The notes: a model not told the origin generated them from the sequence alone. DNA of 64,000 nucleotides from an uncultured Muribaculaceae bacterium (GCA_964368585.1 CAYJAK010000012.1:19277-83276), one strand, 5' to 3'; shown: positions 10,537 through 19,681, counted from the stretch's first letter. Made by a program: numbers and translations.

Positions 10537-10713
10537 ATGGAGGAACTAATTTTAAAAATTAATGCGGAAATCGCAAACTTTTCCAAAGATGCTGAAGCAC
10601 AGTTAGTTAAGGGCAATAAAGCTGCTGGAACACGTGCTCGCAAATCAGCTCTTGAAATTAGTAAAATGATGAAGGAATTTAGAAAAGTTTCTGTTGAAGC
10701 TAGCAAAAACTAA
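10537..10713 (+). CDS. Histone H1-like small basic DNA-binding protein (58 aa), absent from the ORF track
   Basis: Hand translation gives MEELILKINAEIANFSKDAEAQLVKGNKAAGTRARKSALEISKMMKEFRKVSVEASKN. The KGNKAAGTRARK..L.I.K.MKEFRK core is the pattern of Bacteroidota proteins annotated 'histone H1'. It has its own terminator, and the listed antisense ORF 10515..10706 is its shadow. Confidence 0.75.
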   Translation: MEELILKINAEIANFSKDAEAQLVKGNKAAGTRARKSALEISKMMKEFRKVSVEASKN

Positions 10714-10736
10714 TTCGTTTTATCGTTTTAAATTTT

Positions 10737-10777
10737 GGCTGTACTAAACATTATGTTTTACAGCCATTTTTATTTTT
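10737..10777 (+). terminator. Rho-independent terminator of the histone-like gene
   Basis: GGCTGTA..AAACA / TGTTT..TACAGCC hairpin (10737-10765) followed by ATTTTTATTTTT. The stop codon of convergent alr lies in the loop. Confidence 0.6.
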
Positions 10778-11884
10778 AAATAGGGAAATCCTCCTAACTC
10801 TACGTGAAACCGATGTGAAAATTTCGTAGGGAATAGTACCTAATATTTTAGCCAAATCGCGCGCTGTTGGGTTCTCTCCAAATATTGTTACCGTATCACC
10901 TATTTTTGCCTCAATCCCAGTTATATCAATCATACACATATCCATACAGATATTCCCGATAGTTGGTGCCAATTGGCCATTAACCATAAACTTTGCATTA
11001 CCACCACCTAAATGTCGATTAATACCATCTGCATACCCAAGAGGTATAGTTGCAATTTTTGTATCTCGATAAATCTTACCATTTCTGCTATATCCAATAG
11101 TGCCATCTTTAGGGGTTAGATTCTTTATCTGAATTATCTTACACGTAAAGTGTGCAGCTGGCTTTAAAAGTGCCTGGTCTATTGCACTAATCCCGTAGAT
11201 ACCTATTCCTACCCTAACCATATCAAACTGATGTTGAGTAAATCTCTCAATTCCAGCCGAGTTTAAAATATGCAGCATAGGTTTATATCCAATAATATCA
11301 ATTATTTGCTGAGAATATTTTTTTAGTAGTCCAATCTGTTCAAGGGTAAAATTATCGTGATTATGGTCATCAGCAGCGGCCAGATGGCTAAAAATAGAGA
11401 TAACTCTTACTCTTCTACTCTCTTTGAGAAAATTTATCAAAGGTATAATATCTTGCTCGTAGAATCCAAGTCTATGCATTCCGGTATCTACATTTAGATG
11501 AATAGGATACTCCTCTATATTATTATTGATTAAAAATGATTCAAATGCAGAGAGTGTCTCTATATCGGGAATAGAGGGCTCTAATTTATATTCAATAATT
11601 TCGCTAAAATAATCAGTTCCAGCTGTTAAGATAATAATGGGTGTAGTAATACCTCCCTCTCTAAGTTCAACTCCCTCTACTGGATGTGCAACTCCAAAAT
11701 AATCGGCTCCAAAACTCTCCATAACTGATGCAAATTCAACCGCTCCGTGGCCGTATGAGTTTGCTTTTACCAACACCATTAGTTTGGTAGTATCCTTTAA
11801 TTTATGCCTAAAATAGTTGTAATTATGCTCTAGATTAGGTTTACATATAGAGAATTGAGCAAAAGAATTTTTAGCTAGCTCCAT
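10751..11884 (-). CDS. alr: Alanine racemase
   Basis: PLP-lysine motif VKANSYGHG, with the C-terminal beta-domain motifs PLGYADG and ICMDMCMIDIT. Confidence 0.9.
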   Translation of the reverse strand: MELAKNSFAQFSICKPNLEHNYNYFRHKLKDTTKLMVLVKANSYGHGAVEFASVMESFGADYFGVAHPVEGVELREGGITTPIIILTAGTDYFSEIIEYKLEPSIPDIETLSAFESFLINNNIEEYPIHLNVDTGMHRLGFYEQDIIPLINFLKESRRVRVISIFSHLAAADDHNHDNFTLEQIGLLKKYSQQIIDIIGYKPMLHILNSAGIERFTQHQFDMVRVGIGIYGISAIDQALLKPAAHFTCKIIQIKNLTPKDGTIGYSRNGKIYRDTKIATIPLGYADGINRHLGGGNAKFMVNGQLAPTIGNICMDMCMIDITGIEAKIGDTVTIFGENPTARDLAKILGTIPYEIFTSVSRRVRRISLFKNKNGCKT

Positions 11885-11912
11885 TTTAATTCTATTATTT
11901 TAGATTACTTAA

Positions 11913-12953
11913 TTAATGAAAAATTTTATATATAAGCTCTGCTAGAAGTTCACCCTCAGTTGCACTACCTCCTGCGTGACTTTTGCTTTTATGGTCGTAC
12001 TCTCTTATTAATGAGATAACCTTCATTGTCTGGTTTATAGAGTAGTTGCCCATAGCTCTCTTATACTCAGTAGCTTGACCTCCAAATACTCCAGCTTTCT
12101 TTATTGCATTATCTTGAGAAACAGAGGTCTGAGTGCTATATGCGTGGCATTTTAAGAGCCTCGAAAAATAGAAAAACATTGCTCCAAACGTTAATACAAG
12201 AGGGTATTTCTTAGAATTAGCACCAAAATAGAGGGCTATTTTATATGCCTTGTTAAGATCCTTAAACGATATTGCCCTACATAGTTCAAAAGCATTATAC
12301 TCTCTACTTATCCCGATATTTACCTCTATATCTTTTACTCTGATAGTACTCTCGCCGATAGGAATTGCATTTAATAGCTTATCGCACTCAAGAACTATCT
12401 TTCTTAGGTTATTTCCAGTATGTTCCGCCATAAGTTGAGCTGCATCATCCTCTATCTTTACACCCTTTTGTTTTACGTGATTTTTGATCCAATTAGGAAT
12501 CTCCCACTCATTAATAGTAGTTGATTCAAAAACCTCTGCAACAGATTTTGCTTTCTTGTAAAAACCAGTTCTTTTGTCGGCAGATTTATTTGTATAAGCA
12601 AGAACTAGAATCGTTTCAGGCGCGGGAGATTGTAAATATTGCTCCAGAGGGTCTAATCCACTCAATGTTTGAGCCTCTTTAATAATTACTAATTGCCTCT
12701 CTGCAAATACTGGGTACCTTTTTGCCATCATTACAATATCGGCAGCATTTGTATCGTTGCCGTAGATAATTGTCTGGTTGAACTCTCTCTCTTGCTCTGT
12801 TAAAGCGTGCTCTATCATAGTATCGAGAATAATATCGGAATAATAGGGCTCTTCACCCATTAAAAGATAGAGAGGCTTAAACTCCCTATTTTTAATTTGA
12901 GTTATTATTTGATTAAAATGCGATACAGTATCGTTCCCCTTTTTTGTGGCCAT
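11913..12953 (-). CDS. holA: DNA polymerase III delta subunit
   Basis: 346 aa. The N-terminus (..KPLYLLMGEEPYYSD..) and overall pattern are typical of HolA. Confidence 0.85.
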   Translation of the reverse strand: MATKKGNDTVSHFNQIITQIKNREFKPLYLLMGEEPYYSDIILDTMIEHALTEQEREFNQTIIYGNDTNAADIVMMAKRYPVFAERQLVIIKEAQTLSGLDPLEQYLQSPAPETILVLAYTNKSADKRTGFYKKAKSVAEVFESTTINEWEIPNWIKNHVKQKGVKIEDDAAQLMAEHTGNNLRKIVLECDKLLNAIPIGESTIRVKDIEVNIGISREYNAFELCRAISFKDLNKAYKIALYFGANSKKYPLVLTFGAMFFYFSRLLKCHAYSTQTSVSQDNAIKKAGVFGGQATEYKRAMGNYSINQTMKVISLIREYDHKSKSHAGGSATEGELLAELIYKIFH

Positions 12954-13030
12954 TATGATTTTTTATTTTTGAGGTGCTAATATAAATATTTTAAATTAGA
13001 AAAAATTTTAAGTGGGTGAAAATATTTATG

Positions 13031-13038
13031 TAAATTTG
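13031..13038 (+). promoter_or_regulatory. -7 promoter box TAAATTTG
   Basis: TAnnTTTG match 21 nt upstream of the ATG at 13059. Confidence 0.45.
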
Positions 13039-13058
13039 CAAATATTTCTTGTATTATA

Positions 13059-13451
13059 ATGAAAGAGAGTCTATTTGATCCACTTAGAAAAAAATATGTT
13101 AAAGCAACGCCAGAAGAGTATGTAAGGCAGCACTTTATTAAGTGGCTAAATGTTGAGAGGGGCTACCCTCTCTCTCTTATGGCAAGTGAATACTCAATAT
13201 CTTTTAATAGGAGACTCTTTAGGTGCGATATCGTTACTTTTAATAAGTATTTAAAGCCCCAAATAGTTGTAGAGTGTAAGGCTCCCGATATAAAAATTGA
13301 TAATGAAGTGGTTGCTCAAATTATAAGATATAATATGGTTCTAAAGGTACAAACATTAATAGTTACTAATGGATTAAAGACTATAGTGTTTGGATATGAT
13401 TCAGATCAGGAGAAATATGTAATAAAAGATGATGTTGATTTCTGTAAATAA
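13059..13451 (+). CDS. HsdR-N-terminal-like (PD-(D/E)XK nuclease fold) domain protein
   Basis: 130 aa. EEYVRQHFIKWL ... DIVTF ... VVECK matches the type I restriction enzyme R N-terminal domain family as a standalone protein. It is divergent from holA. Confidence 0.7.
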   Translation: MKESLFDPLRKKYVKATPEEYVRQHFIKWLNVERGYPLSLMASEYSISFNRRLFRCDIVTFNKYLKPQIVVECKAPDIKIDNEVVAQIIRYNMVLKVQTLIVTNGLKTIVFGYDSDQEKYVIKDDVDFCK

Positions 13452-13457
13452 TTGATA

Positions 13458-14858
13458 ATGAGATTTTTAGAAAATAAAATATTTAAAATTGTATCAGAGT
13501 GTGCTGAGCAGCAAGGGGTAAGAGCCTTTGCTATTGGTGGTTATGTGAGAGATTGCTTTTTGGGGAGAGAGAGTAAAGACATTGATATTGTAGTAGAGGG
13601 GAGCGGAATAGAGTTGGCAGAGGCAGTTGCTGCAAAGGTAAGGAGTAAGCTAAGCGTGTTTAAGAGTTTTGGTACAGCTATGATGCGTTATGGGGGAATA
13701 GAGATAGAGTTTGTTGGAGCAAGAAAAGAGTCATATAGAGCAAACTCTCGTAAGCCTATTGTAGAAGATGGAACGTTAGAGGAGGACCAACAAAGAAGAG
13801 ATTTTACAATAAACGCTCTGGCATTTAGTTTACAAAAAGAGGATTTTGGAGCCTTGATAGACCCATTTAATGGTATACAAGATATGCACGATGGTCTTAT
13901 AAGAACCCCTTTAGACCCAGATACAACATACTCAGACGACCCTTTAAGGATGATTAGAGCAATCAGGTTTGCAACCCAACTCAATTTTACAATTGTTCCA
14001 GAATCACTAGAGAGTATAAAGAGAAATAAGGGTAGATTATCAATTTTATCTAAAGAAAGAATTGTAGATGAATTAAATAAAATTCTTCTTTCTAAAAAGC
14101 CATCTATTGGATTTAATTTATTGCACCAAACGGGGCTGCTTTCACAATTTTTGCCACAAGTGACAGATTTAGAAGGTGTTGAAACATTGGAAGGTAAAGG
14201 GCATAAAGATAATTTTTCACATACATTAAAAGTTGTAGATAATATTGTCCCCTATACAGATAATCTTTGGCTTAGATGGAGTGCATTGCTACATGATATC
14301 GGTAAGCCTGCGACTAAGAAATTTGAACAGGGTATAGGTTGGACATTTTATAATCACGATTTTGTCGGGAGTAAAATGATACCGGCCCTATTTAAGCAGT
14401 TAAAGATGCCTCTAAATGAAAAGATGAAGTATGTACAAAAGATGGTTTTGCTTCATTTACGTCCTATCTCTTTAGCACAAGATGAGGTTACTGATTCAGC
14501 TGTTAGACGCTTACTATTTGATGCTGGTGATGATGTTGAGGATCTAATGCTTTTATGTGAGGCAGATATTACTTCTAAGAATGATAAGGTTGTAACCAAA
14601 CATAAAAATAATTTTAGGTTGGTTAGAGAGCGAATGATTGAAGTTGAGAAGAAAGATGAGATAAGAAACTTTAAGAATCCTATTACAGGCGAACTTGTAA
14701 TGGAGACCTTTAATATACCACCTTGTAACCAGATTGGAACACTTAAGGAAGTAATAAAGAATGCTATTTTGGATGGCGAGATAGAGAATGATTATGAGCA
14801 GGCATATAATCTTATGTTAAAGGTAGGAGGGGAGATGGGATTAAATTCAAACTCTTAA
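13458..14858 (+). CDS. cca: CCA-adding tRNA nucleotidyltransferase / poly(A) polymerase-family protein with HD domain
   Basis: Nucleotidyltransferase motif GGYVRD...KDIDIVVEG, plus RRDFTINA and HD-domain LHDIGKP. The track start at 13452 is a TTG, and an ATG at 13458 is more likely. Confidence 0.85.
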   Translation: MRFLENKIFKIVSECAEQQGVRAFAIGGYVRDCFLGRESKDIDIVVEGSGIELAEAVAAKVRSKLSVFKSFGTAMMRYGGIEIEFVGARKESYRANSRKPIVEDGTLEEDQQRRDFTINALAFSLQKEDFGALIDPFNGIQDMHDGLIRTPLDPDTTYSDDPLRMIRAIRFATQLNFTIVPESLESIKRNKGRLSILSKERIVDELNKILLSKKPSIGFNLLHQTGLLSQFLPQVTDLEGVETLEGKGHKDNFSHTLKVVDNIVPYTDNLWLRWSALLHDIGKPATKKFEQGIGWTFYNHDFVGSKMIPALFKQLKMPLNEKMKYVQKMVLLHLRPISLAQDEVTDSAVRRLLFDAGDDVEDLMLLCEADITSKNDKVVTKHKNNFRLVRERMIEVEKKDEIRNFKNPITGELVMETFNIPPCNQIGTLKEVIKNAILDGEIENDYEQAYNLMLKVGGEMGLNSNS

Positions 14859-14899
14859 ATTCTGTTTTAAGAGCACACTCGTATAAACTAAATATAAAA

Positions 14900-16156
14900 A
14901 TGAGCCAATTAAAAAATACAGTATTATTCTCGGAGGCAGAGAAACTATCTATGCCCAAAGCATTTACAACATTAGTAAAACCTATCGGGAGTAAATGTAA
15001 TTTGCGTTGTGATTACTGTTACTATTTAGATAAATCTCTTATGTATGAGAATCGCCAACCAATTATGAGCGATGACCTTTTAAGGGAGTATATAAAGCAG
15101 TATATAGATGCAAATGAGGTTGAGACTATTACATTTTGTTGGCACGGAGGAGAACCTTTGTTAGCGCCTCTTAAATTTTATGAGAAGGCAATCTATTACC
15201 AAAGAAAGTATGCAAATGGAAAGAGAATTGAGAACACAATTCAAACAAATGGCCTATTGGTAAATGAGGATTGGAGTAGATTTTTTAATTACAATAATTT
15301 TCTGGTTGGAATCTCATTAGATGGTCCAGAGTATATTCACGATGCATATAGAAAGGATATTAAGGGGGCAGGTACCTTTAGAAAAGTGATGAGTACCATA
15401 GATAAATTTCATAGATATAGAGTAGAGTTTAATACACTAAGTGTTGTGAATGATCTCTCTCACGGAAATGGCGTTGAGGTTTACAACTTTTTTAAATCTA
15501 TAGGGAGCAGGTTTATGCAATTTTTGCCAGCAGTTGAATTTATCTCTACTAGCGGGATAGAATCACTAGGAGGGAGGGGTAAAATCTTATCTCCTCTTGA
15601 ATCAAATGAGGGCAATGTGAGCTCTTGGAGTGTAGATCCACTTCAGTTTGGAAAATTTCTTTGTGATATTTATGATGAATGGGTAAAAAGAGATGTCGGG
15701 AGTTACTTTGTACAGATGTTTGACTCTACTCTTGCAAATTGGATGGGGATGGAACCTGGTGTGTGTTCACTTGCAAAAAACTGTGGATCAGGACTAGCAG
15801 TAGAGCATAATGGAGATGTTTATAGTTGTGACCATTTTGTTTATCCCGATAATTTATTGGGAAATATTTCTCGGACAGATTTAAAAAAATTATATAATTC
15901 GGCTACCCAATTTGAATTTGGCGTGAGCAAAAGAAGTGATTTACCGCAATCTTGTATGAAGTGCCAATTCTATTTTGCCTGTACAGGTGGTTGTCCTAAA
16001 CATAGATTTAATAGAAAGGAGGATGGAACACGAGTGAGTTATCTATGCGAGGGCTATAAATTTTTCTTTAACCACGTAAAGGATGATATGGAGCTAATGA
16101 GTTCATTCTTAAGGAGTGGAGTCTCTCCTCAGAAAATTATGGATACTAAAAGATAA
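14900..16156 (+). CDS. Anaerobic sulfatase-maturating enzyme (radical SAM/SPASM)
   Basis: CNLRCDYCYY radical-SAM cluster motif. Cys-rich SPASM region at the C-terminus (CMKCQFYFACTGGCPKHR). The length and layout fit anSME. Confidence 0.85.
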   Translation: MSQLKNTVLFSEAEKLSMPKAFTTLVKPIGSKCNLRCDYCYYLDKSLMYENRQPIMSDDLLREYIKQYIDANEVETITFCWHGGEPLLAPLKFYEKAIYYQRKYANGKRIENTIQTNGLLVNEDWSRFFNYNNFLVGISLDGPEYIHDAYRKDIKGAGTFRKVMSTIDKFHRYRVEFNTLSVVNDLSHGNGVEVYNFFKSIGSRFMQFLPAVEFISTSGIESLGGRGKILSPLESNEGNVSSWSVDPLQFGKFLCDIYDEWVKRDVGSYFVQMFDSTLANWMGMEPGVCSLAKNCGSGLAVEHNGDVYSCDHFVYPDNLLGNISRTDLKKLYNSATQFEFGVSKRSDLPQSCMKCQFYFACTGGCPKHRFNRKEDGTRVSYLCEGYKFFFNHVKDDMELMSSFLRSGVSPQKIMDTKR

Positions 16157-16202
16157 TAATTGGGAATGATAAAAATTACTTTGCTAATCTAAATTAAATT
16201 CT

Positions 16203-16210
16203 TAACTTTG
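16203..16210 (+). promoter_or_regulatory. -7 promoter box TAACTTTG for rplY-pth
   Basis: TAnnTTTG match 93 nt upstream of the rplY ATG, which implies a 5' UTR of about 85 nt. Confidence 0.4.
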
Positions 16211-16302
16211 CGCCTCACAAAAAAAGAGGTTCGCCCCTTTTTTGGTGCAATGGGGTTTGGAAAGTCCAAACTGAGTAACACATTTTTTAATAATAAATCA
16301 AA

Positions 16303-16893
16303 ATGGATAGAATTAAATTATCAGGTACTGCAAGAACAATCGGTACAAAACAAGATCTAAAACAATTACGTAGAGATGGCGAAGTTCCTTGTATTATTTA
16401 TGGACAAGGTATTGAGAACATTAACTTCTCAATAAGCGCTAAAGAGTTAAAATCTATAACTCACACTCCAAAATCATACATCATTGAGGTTGAGGTTGCA
16501 GGTAAAACACAACTTTGTATTTTCCACCAAGCTCAATATCACCCAATTTCTGACGAGACTCTTCACGTAGACTTCTTAGCAGTTTCAGAAGATAAGCCAG
16601 TTGTTATTGATGTTCCACTTAACATCTTTGGAAACTCAGAGGGAGTTAAGCAAGGGGGTAAGTTAATGGTTACATCTAGAAAACTTAAAGTTTGTGCTCA
16701 AATGGATAAATTACCTAACGAGTTACCAGTAGATATTACAGCTCTACAATTAGGTAAATCAATTGTTGCAGGTGAGCTATCATACGAAGGTTTACAAATT
16801 GTATCAAACAAGAATACAATCGTTTGTACAGTTAAGATGACACGTGCTGCTCTTGGTGCTGCCGCTGCTGCTGCCGCTGCTGCAAGAAAGTAA
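16303..16893 (+). CDS. rplY: 50S ribosomal protein L25/general stress protein Ctc
   Basis: The N-terminal L25 domain (..R...GK...LRR.G.VP.IIYG) and C-terminal Ctc domain are present. The protein ends in an alanine run. Confidence 0.9.
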   Translation: MDRIKLSGTARTIGTKQDLKQLRRDGEVPCIIYGQGIENINFSISAKELKSITHTPKSYIIEVEVAGKTQLCIFHQAQYHPISDETLHVDFLAVSEDKPVVIDVPLNIFGNSEGVKQGGKLMVTSRKLKVCAQMDKLPNELPVDITALQLGKSIVAGELSYEGLQIVSNKNTIVCTVKMTRAALGAAAAAAAAARK

Positions 16894-16923
16894 TTTTAAT
16901 AAATAAAATAGAATTGTTGCGGG

Positions 16924-17490
16924 ATGAATTATTTAATAGTAGGTTTAGGAAACATTGGAGTTGAATATGCTGAAACCCGTCACAATATAGGATTTAAGGT
17001 GCTAGATGCTTTTGCAAAAGAGTCTAGCACCTCTTTTACATCCTCACGTTACGGTTCAATCACAACAGTAAGTGTAAGAGGGCATAAACTAATTCTCTTA
17101 AAGCCTTCAACCTATATGAACCTTAGCGGAAAAGCCATTAACTATTGGCTTCAATCAGAAAAAATAAAACAAGAGAATTTATTAGTCATTTTAGATGATA
17201 TTGCTCTTCCATTTGGATCTCTTCGTATGCGCAAGCAGGGTTCAGACGGAGGTCATAATGGCTTAAAGAGCATTAATGAATCATTATCGAACAATAACTA
17301 CGCTCGTATTAGAGTGGGTATCGGAGATACTTTTGCAAAGGGGAGACAGGTAGATTACGTTTTGGGCAAATGGAGCTCAGAAGAGGATAAAGAACTCCCA
17401 TTCATCTGCAACGATATTATCGCAGGTATTAAGGAGTTTGTCTGCGTGGGAGTAGATAGAGCTATGAACTCTTTTAATTCAAAGAAGTAG
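16924..17490 (+). CDS. pth: Peptidyl-tRNA hydrolase
   Basis: LIVGLGNIG.EY..TRHNIGF and GHNGLKSI signatures. Confidence 0.95.
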   Translation: MNYLIVGLGNIGVEYAETRHNIGFKVLDAFAKESSTSFTSSRYGSITTVSVRGHKLILLKPSTYMNLSGKAINYWLQSEKIKQENLLVILDDIALPFGSLRMRKQGSDGGHNGLKSINESLSNNNYARIRVGIGDTFAKGRQVDYVLGKWSSEEDKELPFICNDIIAGIKEFVCVGVDRAMNSFNSKK

Positions 17491-17581
17491 ATTAATTAAA
17501 TATGGTAATATACTACCATATTAAATCAAAGCAAAACAGTACCATCATCCAGATGTGAAATGGGGCGATATTAAGAGGTAA

Positions 17582-19297
17582 TTACAGCCATACCTTCTCA
17601 AATCTAGCATCTAATTCCCTATGAGTTACCACAATCACAGTTCTCTTTTGGATAGATATTCTCTCTAGAAATCTCTTTTCTGTACTCATATCAAGAGCAG
17701 AAGTAGGCTCGTCAAGTAAGAGTATGCTACCTGGGCGAAGTAACCCTCTAGCTATAGCAATACGTTGTGCTTGCCCTTCACTTAGTCCAACACCTTTTTC
17801 ACCGCAGTAGGTATCTATACCTTTTGGTAGGTCAAAAACAAACTCAGCAACAGCGCAGATAAGTGCTTCATTTAGCTGATCCTCAGTTGCATTTGGATTA
17901 CCCATTAAAAGATTCTCTCGTATAGTACCACTCATTAGAGTATTTCCCTGCGGCACATATACAAAATTACAACGCGTACGTGGAGATAATTTTACCTCTT
18001 CTTTATCATTAAAAATAGTGATATTGCCGCTGTCGGGAGTAATGAGAGCCAACATTAGCTTCATTAGTGTGCTCTTTCCGATACCTGTCTCTCCCATAAT
18101 AGCAGAACAACTGTCGGGATAAAAAGTATTGTTAAAATTATTTATAATTGCCTTATCTTTATTTGAATAGGTGAAATTTACATTATTAAATCTAATTCCT
18201 AATTCTCCCGATAAAACTATTGGTTCGCCAAGTTCCTCTTTTGGTAGAGAATCAATTTTTGATAGGCGCTCAACCGATGTGAATGTCTTAATTATGTCTC
18301 TTATTTTATAGACCTGATCAGCAACAGGGCGTTGAATCTGTGCTACAAGTTGTAAAAAGGCGGTCATAGTACCAAATGTAATTGCACCACTATAAAGACC
18401 CATTATTCCCCAAATAAATGCTGTTAGATAACCAGCTATAAATCCAAACTGCATCATTGTGTTGGTGGTAAAAGTAAAGTTTGAGCGACGAATATTCTGA
18501 CTCATTAACTTATTTAGAATGGATGATAGTTGATTTGTAGTAGTAGATGTATGTTCAAGAGATCTTATTAGAATATTATTTTGAACGCTCTCTTGCATAA
18601 ATGAGTGAAGTTCACTATCAGTATCTCTAATATCGCTTGTAAGTTTTCGCATTCTTCCAATAAATAGTTTGCTTACCAGAAGAGCGATTGGCATAATAAA
18701 GATAAGAACCCAAGCCAATTGAGGCTCTAGCATAAGTAGAAATATAAAAGCCGCTACAAGTTGTAATATAGAGACTCCCATTTTAGGAATATGGTTACAA
18801 ATAGTTTCGGCAACTAACCTTACATCTTCCACCATTCTATTTAGAATATCTCCAGTGTGTAGTAGCTCTTTATCATCGGTTCTGCTCTCCATTATATTAA
18901 CAAACAATCTATATCTAAGATTATTCATTAATTTTATAACATTGATGGTGCTTAATCTACCATTTAGCGTGCTTATAATCAGCTGAATAGTTAGTGTTGC
19001 GATGATGGCAATAATATAAGGTTGTAGAGTACCCTCAATCTTATGTGTTGCAATGTCAACCAACCTTTTACTTGTCCAGACAAATAAAAGTGATAATGCA
19101 ACAGATGAGATATTAGCAATAGTAATTGCTGTAATGCGCGCTCTTAACCCCTTTGTTGCGCGAAATAACCATATTAAACACTCTTTTGTACCCACGTTTA
19201 ATCTTTTTTTAGGACTCTTTTCACCTTTTGTTTTACTCTTTTTACTCTCCAATAACTCATTAAGAGATGCCTTCTTATTGGGAGAAACTTTCTCCAT
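17582..19297 (-). CDS. ABC exporter, fused permease/ATPase (MsbA/bacteriocin-exporter-like half transporter)
   Basis: Six-TM ABC transmembrane domain followed by Walker A GETGIGKST, signature LSEGQAQR and Walker B ILLLDEPTS. The start is uncertain. The track's 19333 is a TTG, an ATG lies at 19297, and a GTG at 19195 would remove the overlap with the upstream gene. Confidence 0.85.
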   Translation of the reverse strand: MEKVSPNKKASLNELLESKKSKTKGEKSPKKRLNVGTKECLIWLFRATKGLRARITAITIANISSVALSLLFVWTSKRLVDIATHKIEGTLQPYIIAIIATLTIQLIISTLNGRLSTINVIKLMNNLRYRLFVNIMESRTDDKELLHTGDILNRMVEDVRLVAETICNHIPKMGVSILQLVAAFIFLLMLEPQLAWVLIFIMPIALLVSKLFIGRMRKLTSDIRDTDSELHSFMQESVQNNILIRSLEHTSTTTNQLSSILNKLMSQNIRRSNFTFTTNTMMQFGFIAGYLTAFIWGIMGLYSGAITFGTMTAFLQLVAQIQRPVADQVYKIRDIIKTFTSVERLSKIDSLPKEELGEPIVLSGELGIRFNNVNFTYSNKDKAIINNFNNTFYPDSCSAIMGETGIGKSTLMKLMLALITPDSGNITIFNDKEEVKLSPRTRCNFVYVPQGNTLMSGTIRENLLMGNPNATEDQLNEALICAVAEFVFDLPKGIDTYCGEKGVGLSEGQAQRIAIARGLLRPGSILLLDEPTSALDMSTEKRFLERISIQKRTVIVVTHRELDARFEKVWL

Positions 19298-19677
19298 ATT
19301 ATAACAAAGAGTCGCACTAGGACTCCGTTGCAATCTATCTTTTTCCCATCTCTAATTATATAAGTAACTTTTGCTTTAATATCACTAATATTACATAGCT
19401 CAGTACCACTTATATTTCCGTCTCCCATAAGAGTAACCGTATCCCCAGTAATATTTATAATGCGATGAAGAACAAATTGATCCTTTGTAATCTCAGCAAA
19501 TACAATATCTCTTACCTTATATTCACTTGATTGTACTAAGATAACGCTATCTCTATCTCCAAGAATAAATGGAAGCATGCTATTACCTTTTACACGTAAC
19601 TTAACATACTCCTCTTCACTAACCATTCTAGCAACTTCTGGCAGTAAAATGCTATTTGGAATCACAACTCTTTTCAT
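19198..19677 (-). CDS. Standalone S24/S26-family serine peptidase (no DNA-binding domain)
   Basis: GNSMLP (catalytic Ser box), RDIVFA, VLHRIINITGDTV (box D-like, with His where LexA/SPase I have Lys) and MGDGN. The hydrophobic/basic C-terminal tail overlaps the ABC gene. Confidence 0.7.
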   Translation of the reverse strand: MKRVVIPNSILLPEVARMVSEEEYVKLRVKGNSMLPFILGDRDSVILVQSSEYKVRDIVFAEITKDQFVLHRIINITGDTVTLMGDGNISGTELCNISDIKAKVTYIIRDGKKIDCNGVLVRLFVIIWRKFLPIRRHLLMSYWRVKRVKQKVKRVLKKD

Positions 19678-19681
19678 CTTA

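Noticed and set aside
10515-10706. 63-aa minus-strand ORF in the ORF track
   Set aside because: It is the antisense shadow of the plus-strand histone H1-like gene (10537..10713). That gene has a recognisable family pattern and its own terminator.
13059-13451. HsdR-N domain protein as part of a type I restriction-modification system
   Set aside because: It is only the small N-terminal nuclease-fold domain. No helicase/ATPase part and no HsdM or HsdS genes are nearby.
17500-17521. ATATGGTA/TACCATAT hairpin between pth and the ABC gene as a terminator
   Set aside because: It is an 8-bp AT-rich stem without a convincing U-run on either strand. It is possibly functional but too weak to call.
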